Shown here in pieces: positions 29,867 to 48,029 of a stretch of DNA of 64,000 nucleotides. Position numbers and translations under genes: made by a program. The stretch lies in assembly GCF_009914755.1 (NCBI RefSeq), contig NC_060926.1. The stretch is one strand, 5' to 3'. How positions within the stretch are numbered: the stretch's first letter is position 1; every line of letters starts with the position of its first letter. The stretch is from the human T2T-CHM13v2.0 reference genome, Homo sapiens. The notes beneath the pieces were generated by a model. The model was not told the DNA's origin, did no database searches, and saw only the letters and a list, made by a program, of their open reading frames with translations.

Positions 29867-31049
29867 TGAAGATAAACATAGAACTGAATGAAAATAAAAA
29901 CACGACTTATCCAAATTTGTGGGATGCACTTAAAGCAGAGCTGAGAAAGCAAGTTATAGCACTATCTGTTTACGTTAAAACAAGGAAACCTCTCAATACA
30001 GCAAGTTCCTACTCCAAGAAACTAAAAATAGGAGAGCAAGATAAAATAGAAAGGCAAAATTAAGCAATAAGAAAAAAATAATAACAACAAAAGCAAAAAT
30101 CAATGAGCCAATTAAACTAAAAATAGAAAACAATAGATAAAAACAATGAAGCAAGATTGGCAGTTTGAAAAGATTCAGGAAATAGGCAAACCACTAGCAA
30201 GACTGACAAACAAAAAGGCTAAGAGACACACATCACTAATATCAGAAATTAAATAGGGGATATCACTACAGATGCCTCAAAAAACAGGAGGATAATAAAT
30301 AATATGAATGACTTGATACCTATAATTTCAGAAACTTTGAAAAAATGGCCTAATTCTCCCAAACCACAAAATACCAAAATTCGTCCAAGTTTAGATAATC
30401 TGAATAGATCTGTAAGCATTAAAAATTGAATTTGTAATTTAAAAGCTCCAGAAAAATGAAGCACTATGGCCAAGATTTTACTAAAGAATTTTACTAAATA
30501 TTTAAAGAACACCAATTTTACACAGTTTGTGCCATTACTTAAAAAATGTTAAATTAAGACAGAGATGGCAAGGAGAGAAGGAGAGAAAGAGGAAAACGTG
30601 AGTTTTATGACGAGTTTTATTTCATTATCAGAGAGCAGAGGTTTTTCTGAAGAAGCATAAAATACATATCTTAGAGAGAAAATAATAAATTAATAGACTA
30701 TATAATCTAATGAATGTCTCTTTTGACAAACCTTATTTTAAAACTAATTTTAAAAACAAATGGCAGGTAACATTCCATTCCTATCTTGATGTTGTAACTG
30801 GTATCAAATTTACCCTATTGGCATAGACAATGAAAAGAGCTGGAGAAAATTAGAAACTGCATTGCCGGTCTTGAATAGCAACCAAGGCAGGGCTATAATG
30901 TTGGAGAGAAGGTAATTACATAGGCAAGTTTCATATTTGCCTTAGATCTTCATGATAGCATTTTCCAAAATGGTGATGGCAATTAGAGCCTAAATGGAGA
31001 GCAGCAGCCCCACTGGGCAAATAAAACATAGATTGCATTTTTGAAGCAT

Positions 31050-32080
31050 AAGGATTCTTATTTGTGCTTAGCATTCGATCCATGTGATATGTTGTTTAGG
31101 TTGAAGAACCAAAGGCTGGAGAAAACCAGCCTTAAACAGATATCTAGTTGGAAAAGAGAGTAGTAGTTAAATAGCACTTTTAGATATTTGTACATATTCT
31201 TCAATTACTCATAAACACTGAACAAATAGTAGTTATATAAAGGCTTGTTGCAAAGTAAAATCTGAACCTCCCATTATCTGTTGTTACACTGAAATCCATG
31301 GGACTATCTTATACTTTGACTGAAACGTTTACCCATGCATGGTCTTGTAATCATGCCTTCTTCATTCGGGGAAAAAAAAGTTTATTGCTATGCAGATATT
31401 CCAAATATTGACATATTTCATTATATGCTATCTAAAAGATCACATTCATTAAAAATCACCACCAATCTCATTGGAAAACTCTTTAAATATCAGGAAGCTG
31501 TCAATCTCATAGTGGTAAACACAGTTTTTAAAATTTTAATATTTTGCTTAAAGTTTTTATTTTTAACGTGGGCAGCTGTTTTTCTTCAACCGCTTTTTTT
31601 TTTTTTGAAGCAAAAGGAATTTCTTTCAGTTTTGAGAAAATATCTGCCAAATAGTTATGGTTTGTTTCTCAGTCATTCTTTCAAGTAAGTGAATTTTTAT
31701 GAAGAAAAGCAAATGTTAGTTTTCAACTCAAATAATAGGACAAATGCTTTTTCTTGAGATAATCAGTACACTTTAGTATGCAGCAGAAGTGTTTTATGCA
31801 TACTTCACATTGTTTCACACAGACTAAGATGTGTAATCAAGATCAAAATTCAATAAACTTAAATCATTTTCACTGCTTCATCAAGGTATTCTAAAGTGAA
31901 ATTGCCATTTTTTCCCTCATGTGCATAGCAACAAATAAATAATGACTAATGACTACTATATTGTCTAATTTCACTGCCTTGATTCGTACTATGTCCCCAT
32001 CAATTTTACCCACAATTGCTATTGTATAATCAGTATAAATACCCACACAGTGAAAAGACAAATAACTTTATAGTATTTTT
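31050..32080 (-). mobile_element. Charlie1/Charlie1a hAT transposon fragment
   Basis: Antisense of ccagccttaaacagatatctagttggaaa reads FPTRYLFKAG, like the hAT dimerisation motif FPTTYLCEAGFS; atccatgtgatatg and aaaatcaccaccaatctca match the recalled Charlie1a consensus. Confidence 0.78.
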
Positions 32081-32094
32081 CACCACTTTCAGAA

Positions 32095-33410
32095 TCACTA
32101 GAATCCAGAGATACACATATGCATAAGCACTTGATGTGTGGTAAAAGCTCACTATAATTCACATGGTCTTTTCAATAAATGTGCTTGGTCAATAAATATC
32201 CATATGGAAAAACTAACAAACCAAAACAAAACACCTTAACCCCATTTTTACCATATACAAATATTAATTCAAAATGTTTTATAGACCTAAATATTAAACC
32301 TAAAGTAATTTTCTAATAGAAAATGTAAAAACTATCTTTGTAATCTTCATATAGGGAAAAATGCTTTGGACACAAAACTCAGTATCATAATAAAAAAGAT
32401 TGATCAATTGTGCATTAAATTATTTTATCAAAGGGAAATATTGAGAGAAAAAAGTCATAAGATATTTGCAACATATAAGTGTGACAAATGAATTATAACA
32501 ATATTTTATTTAAAAAACTAAAAATTAAAATTCGATACAAAAATGACTCAAAATGTTTGAGTTGATACATGCCAAAAGACAATGCCAATACAAAGGTTTC
32601 AATAGCATTAGTTATCAGAGAAATACAAATTAAGACCAAAGCGAGACACCAGTACACATCCACCCAAATGGTTACAATATCCACTCACTCAGAGACTGAC
32701 AAGATTAAATATTGGTGAGGATGTGGGTCAAGTAGAATGCTGTTAGATTGTTGACAGAATTGTAAGTTGATGGACAACTTTGAAAAACTGATAGGCATTA
32801 CCTAGAGTTTAAAAATGTATATCCTATGGAACAACAATTTCATTCTTGGATTTGTACTTAAGAGAATTGAGTGCTTATGTCCATCAAAAAGCATGTGCAA
32901 GAATGTTTAAAGCAGTTCTTGCAATAATACAAAACTGGGCACAACACCGATAACCATCAAGAGTAGAATAGGCAAGCAAATTTTACTATATTCGTGATGG
33001 AATAGTACATAAAATGTAAAAAAAGATTAGATTGAAACACTGAACATGAAAAAAAATCTCACAACCACATTTGGGTGAAAGAATTCAGACAGAGAAGAGC
33101 ATATACTTACTATTCCATTTATGTGAAATTCAAAATAAGCCAAAAGTCTATGGCTATGGAAGTCATAGAGTAGTTACCTTTGGGTAATTACTGACTTGTG
33201 ATGGCAGTGGGAGGGAAAACAAGATGAAACATTTTGGAGTGTTAGAAATATTATATATGGCAACCTGGATAGTGGTTATATAGATGTATACAAGTGTTAA
33301 AATTTACCAAACCCTGCACTTAAGTTTGTGTGTGTGTGTGTGTTTGCGTGTGTATACTTTACTGTGTACTTTATTGCACACTTTCCCCCTCAAGAAAACA
33401 ATAAAAAGAG
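32095..33410 (+). mobile_element. L1ME/MC-type ORF2 end and 3' UTR
   Basis: ggtcttttcaataaat...tatccatatggaaaa...ggtgaggatgtgg...ttccatttatgtgaaattcaaaa; contains (TG)n at 33327-33352. Confidence 0.72.
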
Positions 33411-33672
33411 AGGAAGCATAAATGCCTAAGTAACTCAACATCAGAACATACCATAAAAAAAGAGGAAAATGATTGCAACATGTATGAAAAGAAAATGGTT
33501 CAGAATCTTAATTCACAAAGAGCATGTAAAACTATAAGAAAAAGCAAGTAATGTAAAATAAACCGTTGTCACTGAATATGAATAAATTAACGTTAAGAAA
33601 CCCAAATGAGCAAACAAAATCTAAAATATGCAGATTTATTCCTAATAGACTCATCTTTTTTTAAAAATTGAG

Positions 33673-33985
33673 TTATTTATTTTTTATTATATTATTATTG
33701 TTATTTTTGAGGCAGGGTCTTGCTGTGCCACTTAGGTTGGAGTGCAGTGGCATGATCTCGGGTCACTACAATCCCCACCTTCTGGGTTCAAAGCATTCTC
33801 ATGCCTCGGCCTCTCGAGTAGCTGGGGTCACAGGTGTGGGCCATCCAGCTAATTTTTGTATTTTTAGTAGACACGCGGTTTCACCATGTTGGTCAGGCTG
33901 GTCTCAAACTTCTGGCCTCAAGAGATCCACTGGCCTTGGCCTCCCAAAGTGCTGTGATAACAGGCATGAGCCACCACACCCGACC
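33673..33985 (-). mobile_element. AluJ, full length
   Basis: Diverged antisense dimer (gaggcagggtcttgct, tggcctcaagagatcc); degenerate TSD aaaaatt(g/a)ag. Confidence 0.92.
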
Positions 33986-34525
33986 AAAAAATTAAGATTA
34001 AAAAATTGCATAATAGTCAGCTCCTATAAGAATGTCTAGAAATAGACAATCTGATTTAATGTTTATGATAGTCAAATTTGGTGCTTTCATTTTGGAGAAG
34101 ATGGATCTTTATCTTTCAGCTTTGTACTTTTATACTTGGTGCTATTTGGCTGGTTGGTTGCTTTTGGCTAGCAATTATCTTACGTTTCCAAAAATAAATA
34201 TAGAAATATATGGCAACTTTGTTTGCCTAAGCAAACAATTGGAAACTGATTAAATGCCAATCAATAGAGGCTTCATCAAGTAAATAAACTATGAATGTCT
34301 AGGTATTCATTTAAAAATAATGAGCTAGATCTGTGTGTATTGACAAGAACTATTCTCAGAGATGCAAAGCGATTGAAGCAAGTTGCAAAATACTGTATAT
34401 AGTATGATCTCAGTTTTTGTAAGAGTGCGTAAACAAAACAGCTAATAGAACTTATTTTTGGACAGAAGAACATGGTCAGAGATAAGGAAGAGTCTCATTT
34501 TTCATTTTATATTTGGCAGTTTGAA

Positions 34526-34875
<350 letters not shown>

Positions 34876-35824
34876 TGAAGAAATAGTGTGTATGAAATAC
34901 AAGCCTTTTTTCTGGTTTATGTTTTTCTCTACTGATAATTTTAAATCATCATTTCTAAAATTCTGAACAAAACTGAAGTGATCCAAAGATTTCATTAAGG
35001 AAATCTGGGTGTAAAGTGAATTACCACAAGAGAACTTTGTCTTAACCTTAGAATACATAGTAAGATAGTGAAAGTTGGTTTTCTGTAAGGACTTATCATG
35101 TTCAATACTATTAAAAGATCACTTCATCATAAGTTACCATATCTGAGTCAGTTCTTAGTTCTTTCTACTCACTACTTGAGCTGAAATAGATTAAAATAAT
35201 TAACTTCAGTTCAAAGACTAGTGCGAATAATGATTTGATCAATTCAAGCAGGAAGAGCTTTAACAGAAGAAATTAGATGCTCATGAAATCATTGGAGAGC
35301 TCCAGAAAGATGTTATATCTCTTAAATTTATGAACATTTCTGCTGTACCTGACATATGGAGGTCAGAAAGCTATTACTACAGTCATCATGTCTCCCTTAA
35401 AAGGGCCTCTTCCCTTCAAAAAGCTGCTGGTTCTCTAGGATGGTAAGTACAGCCAATCCCACTGCTGCTGAACACCTAAGGTTCTATAATCTTGTCCGGC
35501 CGAGGACAAGAAGCATGGTCTCCAGACCATTTCTATCTTCCCAGTATTAAGTGTGTGTAATCTAAGGAACCCTAATTGCATCAAGACTCCTAGCCTCAGG
35601 AGAGTTGTTAAACACATCAACCTTCCCCATATTTGAGAGTCATTATCCTTGTGCCTTTTCATGTGGAGTTTTTTCCCTTGGGCTTTCTCATGGCTTAGTC
35701 CTCATCATTTAGGTATCTGCTCATATATCGTCTCCTTAAACACTTCTCATTTGACATTATACAAAATATTAAGCCTCTTTGACTACCTTTTTTATTCTCT
35801 TAAACATTTTGTCTTCTCTATAAA

Positions 35825-39982
<4,158 letters not shown>

Positions 39983-40000
39983 CACACGATTTTTAAAAAT

Positions 40001-40527
40001 GGTTCCTGTCCAAGATGGCCAAATAGGAACAGCTCCAGTCTACAGCTCCCAGCAGGAGTGATGCAGAAGACGGGTGATATCTGCATTTCCAACTGATGTA
40101 TCGAGTTCATCTCACTGGGGCTTGTCAGACAGTGGATGGAGCCCATGGAGCATGAGCCGAAGCAGGGTGAGGCATCGCCTCACCAGGGAAGCGCAAGGGG
40201 TCGGGGAATTCTCTTTCCTAGACAAGGGAAACTGTGATAGATGCTACCTGGAAAATTGGGACACTCCCACCCTAATACTGTGACTGCGCTTTTCCAATGG
40301 TCTTAGCAAATGGCACATCAGGAGATTATATCCTGGGCCTGGCTCGGAGGGTCCCACCCCCACGGAGCCTCGTTCACTGCTAGCACAGCAGTCTGAGATT
40401 GAGCTGCAAGGTGGCAGCAAGGCTGGGGTGGGGGGCGTCTGCCATTACTTAGGCTTGAGTAGGTAAACAAAGCAGCCTGGAAGCTCAAACTGGGTGCAGC
40501 CCACTTCAGCTTAAGGAGGCCTGCCTG
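40001..40527 (+). mobile_element. Inverted L1PA 5' UTR (first ~520 nt, internal promoter) of the same insertion
   Basis: caagatggcc (YY1 site) aaataggaacagctccagtctacagctcccagc...aaggaggcctgcctg; shared TSD tgtcttctc(t/c)ataaa at 35810 and 40526. Confidence 0.92.
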
Positions 40528-42108
40528 TCTTCTCCATAAAATTTATAATTTATTACTTATTTTTATTTAATGGCCATTTTTTTCTTTCTCTAAGATTTAT
40601 TCATGCTATAATCCATAACACAAGCATCAGGGCAAACATGCTTGGTTTAATCACAACTACTGAAATGTAGTACTTTCTTCTTTCTACAAGCTCTTGTCAC
40701 TTTTGGAGGTCTAAAACGGCCTTGAATATTCTTTTTCAAAATATAGGAAAGTGCTATTTGTATTCTAAGAATTTAGCCAGAGTGTTAAGTAACTTTTAAA
40801 GGTACAATACGGTATTTTAAGGAAGAGTAAAGTTACAAGAATTTCTAATTCCATTTAAGATCAAAGCCTTAAAATGATGCATAGAGGTGATGAAAGTAGA
40901 CAGAGTAAAGAGAGAGCAGATGTTCTAGGAAAATAAGTGGAAAGAATAGGTAATAGGTGTTTGAAGTCAGTAGTACAGCTTCAGATTTTTTTAAAGTATC
41001 TATTAATATGTAAAAATAAGATAACATTACCCTGTTTGGAATACTTTTATTATGCCCAATCTGTTTTCCTTTTAAAAAGACTTTATAATAATGATTGCAC
41101 TGGGTCTTCTAGAGATGATTTTCCTTATACTCAGTTCTTTATTCATTTATGTATCCTACAAATATTTACTGAATACGTACTGTGTACCAGGGAATAACAT
41201 TTTCACATTTCTAGAGCCCATTCTGCTGGCCAGTTAACGAATAACAAAGAATTAGAAAAGCCAAGCCACTTGGAGTTTTTTACCCATATATACCATTACT
41301 TGCACACTGCCAGAAGGGATTTTGCAAAACCAAAAATGTTTTCGATTCAAACCAACATTTTCTAGTAAACAGGTTTATTTTATCAAGGTAGGTCATAACT
41401 GGTGAAGCAGAAATTTTACTAAACAGATTTCCTTTGGATAAATTTGCAAATTTCATACTCAACACAAGATTCTATCTTATAATTAATTTTAAGACATTTA
41501 ACTTAAAATGCAAAATAATAAAATAAGCAGGAGATATTTTATTTTTGCTATAAAGTATCTGTAAAGGTTAAATTTTAAAGGACTGATTAAAGAGTAAAGA
41601 TTCATGCATTATATTTAATGTTAAACTAGACTATTTAGTACAGATCCTATTAAAATATGCTCTGATTTTAATAAGCACACATATTTTTAAATATAAAATC
41701 AAAAGAAAATTAATCTATTGAAGCTGCAAATTATTTTTACATTATAAATCACTGTCTTTATTATTTCATCTTGTAAAGTTGAAAGAATTAGCTTTCTTCA
41801 AGACTACTCTTGATATGCATTTTTATTAGCTTCATGGGACCATATACTGTGTGACTATTTAAAAAGAAAAAAAGGACACTATGTAACAGAATGGTTTCAG
41901 AGAAGTGTATGACTCCTGACACATTCTAAATTGGTTGCAAATTATAGTATATTAAGATGCAACTCTCTTACATGACCTAATTCTCCCAAAGTTATAGCAT
42001 TTCCTAATAACATAGAATTTAATCTGTTTTATAAGAGAAAGTGATGCCATTAGTAGAAGGATTATACTAGTTTTATTAGATTGCATAATTCTAAAGCATC
42101 ATATTATA

Positions 42109-43390
42109 CAAAGGGTCTTCAAAGTTTATGAAAAATGCTTATCATAAAAAGTGCATGGATCTTAAAATTTTGGCCACGAAAATAAACTGCTCCTAAATTG
42201 TTATAACATGTCTGAACACAATGTAGTTTAAGGCACTAAAAATGATGAACAATCTGTTTGAAAAGGACAACAGAAATTCTGATAACATTGAAGAACAAAC
42301 ATCAAATTTATGGTGAAGCTAGGGTGGGAAGAATAGCAAAATCATTTTTGCTTTATGAAAGGTTTATGAGACCAACACCCTAAAGAAATCAGTAGTTTAC
42401 AAATGAATAAGTCACTTTAATAAGGAACGAGAAAATGTTGAGGATGAAGTTCACAGCAGCAGACCATTTACAATTTACAAGAGAAAAATTATTGCCCATG
42501 CCCTAAATGTAGGACCCATGATTAGTAGTAGAAACAGTAGCCAACACCATAGACATCTCAATCCATCCAGCTTACACAATTCTGAATTCTTACTTAAAAA
42601 CTAAAGCTAAGCAACCTCTCCACTCACTCAATGGGTGCCAAAACTGTTGCACTCAGATCAGCTGCAAACAAGAGCGGAGCTTTCCATGAAATTTTAAACA
42701 AGTGGAATCAAGATTCTGAAGCATTTCTTCAAAGACTTGTTAACAGGAGATGAAAGATGGCTCTACTAGTATGATTGTGAAGAGAAAGCACAATCAAAGC
42801 AATGGCTACCAAGAGGCAGAAGTGGTCCAATCAAAGGAAAAGCACACCAGTCAAGAGCAAAGTTCATGGCCACAGTTTTTTGTGATACTTAAGGCATTTT
42901 GCATGTTGCCTTTCTGGAGGGCCAAAGAATGATAACATCTTTTTTATTATGAGAGTGTTTTCAAGAAGTTAGCCAACGTTTTAGCAGAAAAATGCCCTGG
43001 AAAGCTTTACTGAAGAGTCTTCCACCATGAAAATGGTCCTGCTCCTTCCTCTCATCAAACACAAGAAATTTTGTGGGTTTCTAGATGGGAAATCATGGGG
43101 CAAGAGCATCCACCTTATAGTCCTGATTTGGCTTCTTCTGACTTCTTTTTGTTTCCTAATCTTAAAAAGGGCACCCATTTGTCTTCAGTTAATAGTGTAA
43201 AAAAGATTGCACTGACATTGTTAAATTCCCAAGACCCTCAATTCTTGAGGAATGGACTAAATGGCTGGTACCATCATTTACGAAAGTGTCTTGAATTTGA
43301 TGGAGCTTATGTTGAAAAAATAAAGTTTATATTTTCTATTTTTATATTTTAATTCTATTTTTTCCATCAACCTTTCAAAAAGTGTTCTTA
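42109..43390 (+). mobile_element. HSMAR2 mariner transposon, near full length, inactive
   Basis: TA-flanked TIRs (caaagggtcttcaaagtttatgaaaa ... ttttccatcaacctttcaaaaagtgttct); motifs WVPKLL, TGDERWLY, HHENGPA and HPPYSPDLASSDFFLFPNLK. Confidence 0.92.
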
Positions 43391-43744
43391 TACTAATAAA
43401 GCATGTATGTTTTTACCACATTAGGCTTAATATGATATTTGTTCTAAAACACTTAAATCTGCTTGGTCCTCAAAATGTCCACTGAGCCCAAGAGACCTGC
43501 TTAGACATTTTGAAGAATGTCACAATAGAATATGTGTGTATAGTGTGTATATGTATACACACATATATATACATTATACATGCATATATAAGAAAAGATA
43601 TTCAAGTATATTAGCTTTATAATCCACTTTCTACAATGCAATTTAACCTAAAAGGGAAGCTATATAATAAAGTCAATATAAATAATAGTAAAGGTTTATG
43701 ACAGTATGATATAGAACACATTTTTTGTTTGTTTTTTGCTTGGG

Positions 43745-43950
43745 GTGTTGTATTAGAAGACTCAATATTGTTAATATTCCAATCTCCCTCAAATTAAATC
43801 CATCTATGGATTTTATGTAATCAAAATCAAAATCCCTATAGAAATGGACAGATTATTGTAAAATTTATAGGGAAATGCAAACGACTTGGTATACCCAAAG
43901 CAATTTTACAAAATAACATTTTGGAGTACTCATGACTTGATTTCAAGACA
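43745..43950 (+). mobile_element. Old L1M ORF2 fragment
   Basis: agaagactcaatattgttaa...aatcaaaatccc...aaaatttatagggaaatgcaaa...tgatttcaagac. Confidence 0.7.
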
Positions 43951-43954
43951 ATAT

Positions 43955-44255
43955 ACTTTTGTATCCTTTAACAAATCTTTCTATCCCTCCATCCCCACTG
44001 ACTTTCCCAACCTCTAGTATCCTCTGTTCTACTTTTTATTTCCATGAGAACAACTTTTTAAGGTTTCTGCATATGTATGAGAATGAGTGGTGTTTAACTT
44101 TCTATTTCTGGTTTTACTTAACACGGTAACCTTCGGTTCCATCCATGTTGCTATAAATGACAGATTTCAACCTTTTTAGGGCTGAATAGTATTACATAGC
44201 ATACAGACACCACGTTTTTTTATCCATTCTCTGTTGTTGACACTTGGGTTGATTT
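43955..44255 (-). mobile_element. L1MA 3' fragment
   Basis: cctctagtatcctctgttctactt...ggctgaatagtatt...ttgacacttgggttgatt. Confidence 0.8.
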
Positions 44256-44346
44256 GTTTTATTTTCATTTTATTTTATTTCATTTTAAGTTCCAGGATAC
44301 TTGTGCAGGATGAACAAATCTGCACATCCTGCACATGTATCCTGGA
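44256..44346. mobile_element. Very short L1PA 3'-end insertion with fold-back inversion
   Basis: T-rich tail plus ttttaagttccaggatacttgtgcaggatg (antisense), then aacaaatctgcacatcctgcacatgtatcctgga (sense). Confidence 0.75.
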
Positions 44347-44429
44347 TTCAAATCCTGTGTAAGTGTTCACATGTATGCCTGTGTATTTCTTGTTCTTTGT
44401 AAAATGTGTTTGCTGTATTTTTAAACCTT

Positions 44430-44900
44430 TTTTAATTTTTGAAGTAATTTTAGAAAAGTTATCAAACAGTAAAAAAAAAAATCCAGGTTTTAAAACAGTA
44501 CTTAGATTTTACCATCTCTCTCAGTGACTGATAGATAGCTGGATAGACGGACAGACAGTTCTGTTCATCAATCTACGACTTTCTTCTTTATAATGTGAGA
44601 TTAAGTTGTAAACATGATATCCCTTTACCTCTAAATGCTGAAATGTCGATTTTGTAAAAGCAAGAATATTCTCTTATATAACCTGAGTACTACTATCAAT
44701 ATTAGGAAATTTTTATTAATACAATGGTATTATTGACCTTAAAGACATTCACATTTCATTAATTGTCCAAATAGTGACCTTTATAGCCAAAACAAACAAA
44801 CTACATATAATATATATTTAATATATATATTCACATTTAATATATATATTCTGGTCCAAGATTGAATACAAGATTGTTTCATTGAGTTTGCTTTTATTGT
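44430..44900 (-). mobile_element. L1MC4/5-like 3' end remnant
   Basis: ttttgaagtaattttaga...ccctttacctctaaat...aagaatattctcttatataacc...tcaatattaggaaattt. Confidence 0.6.
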
Positions 44901-45218
44901 CAAAAATATTTTTTAAAGATACATGCTTATTTAAAAAGCATGCACAAAAATTCTGCATTCCTAGCAAATTTAGATGTATTTCTCAGGTTTCATTTGTTTA
45001 TAAGAATTCTAAGAAATTTTATAGCCAACATTTTTCACAAGATCATGTAATTGGAAGAATCGAATGTGATGGGAAGAATAAAACCAGCCTCCCTATCACA
45101 GGACACAAAGCAGTAAGAGAAGTTTCTACAGAGAATTTCCATGGTTCCTTTTTAGTGACGACCTGAATGACTCCATCAGATGTTTGGGTGTCAAGGGGAA
45201 AATACTAAGTAGCAGTTA

Positions 45219-45800
<582 letters not shown>

Positions 45801-48029
45801 TTGATGGGAAGACAGTAAGGTAGATAATCCGGGTATAATATATCACGAGCATGTCCACATTTTGTTAAATAATATTTCACAAGGTAACTTTTACATATAT
45901 TTTTACTGCTAAATATTCAATTATATAGATTAGGCAATTAACTTTAGTTAGGTATTTTGATTGAAGTCTCTCCTACTATCAATAGGAGTATGATGAATGT
46001 ATATATACTCTGTATTTAAATCTATGTTTTCTCTATAAATTTATGCAGTGAAATTGAGTTAACAAGAACACAAATTGGCATTTTGATAAAAATTTCCAAA
46101 CTGCTATGCCAAAAAATGATGTATTATATACTTTAATTTTCAATTATGAGTTGCTAAAAACACTGAGTTTTCTCATATATATTAAATATTTATATTTCTT
46201 TTATCCTGAATTCACTATATGTTCTTTGACCATGCTTGCTAAATTTAAATAAATAATTCAAAACAGCCCTTTATGGAACATGACTAATAAGACTTTGTAA
46301 CATATGTTAGAAATATTTTCCCATTTTATAATCTTTGAATATTCTTTATTATATATACACATGTTAAATTAATATAATGAAACATGCTTTATGCTTAAAA
46401 AACTTGTCTCTCTGTGCAAGAATTTTATTTGAATAAACTTTAGTAACAGCTTCTTTTAAATTTTGAAGGTAATGCTGTTCAAAGGCTGTACAAGAAAATT
46501 CCAAGTCAAACAAATACTCATGAGTGAGAAAAAGATGGGATTTTTTTTTCTTTAGAATCTCCTTTGCTCAATTTCTGGCTGTTCATGATCAGAGATAAAC
46601 TGACATCTCTTACATTGCCATGCCCTTTGTAAAGTCTAGGCTTTTCATAATAATTTTAGATAAACAGTGATCACTTTTTAACATTTTTATTTTCCTGAGA
46701 ATTCCACTTGGCATCCATCAGTCAAATTTGCTGCTGTTTCAAATGTGTTTATATAAATCATAATCTATTTTTCCGTAGATATCATGACAATATAATTTAT
46801 TATCTAAACCAGAACACTTTTGAAATGGAAAATAAGCACAATTAAGAATTACACCAGAAAAACAAGCATAAACTTCATCTTTCCTAACCAAATGGAACTT
46901 ACTGTTATTCAAATTGTAGATGTTACAAAAAGTTTAATGGTGTCAGCAAATATAAGCGTTGAGGACACAGATGTTTAAGATTTAGTTCTTGATTCCTTGG
47001 TGTCAAGAAACCGAGTCTATCAGGGAAGACATAAAAAGTAATCACCTGAAAACTGGGTTTTGTGTTTTGTGCTATGAGAGGCCTGAACACATTAGAGGTC
47101 CATAATGGTACCAAGGAGAAAGGAGATGCACAAAAGTGGTCCTCAGGGAAGACCATGAATGTTTTGCTCTTTGCTATATAAGCTGTTCATTTTAATTTTT
47201 AAATTTATTTTTGTCAGAAATATGCTTCCTCCTTTTTCCAATAACTTTGATTCTGTCTCTAAGACTAACACCTAATATGTCACCTCTTACAGAAAGACTT
47301 CCTTGATTGTCTCTCTCTTCTATCCCTCCTATGGTCTGAGTGAAACTCCTCTTATGTGAATATCTAGCCTACCTGTACATACCCACATCAATTTTATTGA
47401 TATAATACACTCTTTTAACTTGTGATTTCATATTTTGTTCTAATTTAAAACAGATCCATATTGCAGAACTAGAACCCCGTAGGTATCTTTTATCTGAATC
47501 TCTCCAACACCAAGAAAAGCACCTTTATGTGTTCACGTTTAACTGTTAACGAGGGTGTTCAGTACACTTGGTTTCAGCCAAAAGACAAGAAGCTATATAT
47601 GTGTAATTCAAAAGTTTCTCCAGTTTATTTATTGTATTTTCTTGGAAGTTACTTGAGAGTAAAGAATATAACCCTGCTAATCTAATCCTTCCAGCAGTAC
47701 AGATTTTATGACAGTAAAGATTCATAAGTGACATAGTCCTGATCATATCAGTTTACTTCTCACATTGTAGCCCCCAAAGTCAATTAATCTGTCATTTGTG
47801 ACATTACTGTTCCCAGTATTTCAGGTAAAGGGCTTATGGTTATTATAAAAAAAAAAAGAAAAAATTTATCTGATAGAAACTTTGTGAAACCTATTCTTCT
47901 CTACTCGGGATTGTGCATTTTCCTAATGTTTCTGAGAGAAGAATCTCAGGTTACCTTGGTGGACACAGCAGTTTATCTCAGAGCCAGTGGAAGAGATACT
48001 TAAGGAAAGATAAAACACTTCCTTCACCT

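Noticed and set aside
31335-31688. 117-aa plus-strand ORF
   Set aside because: Antisense to a decayed Charlie1 transposase; chance ORF
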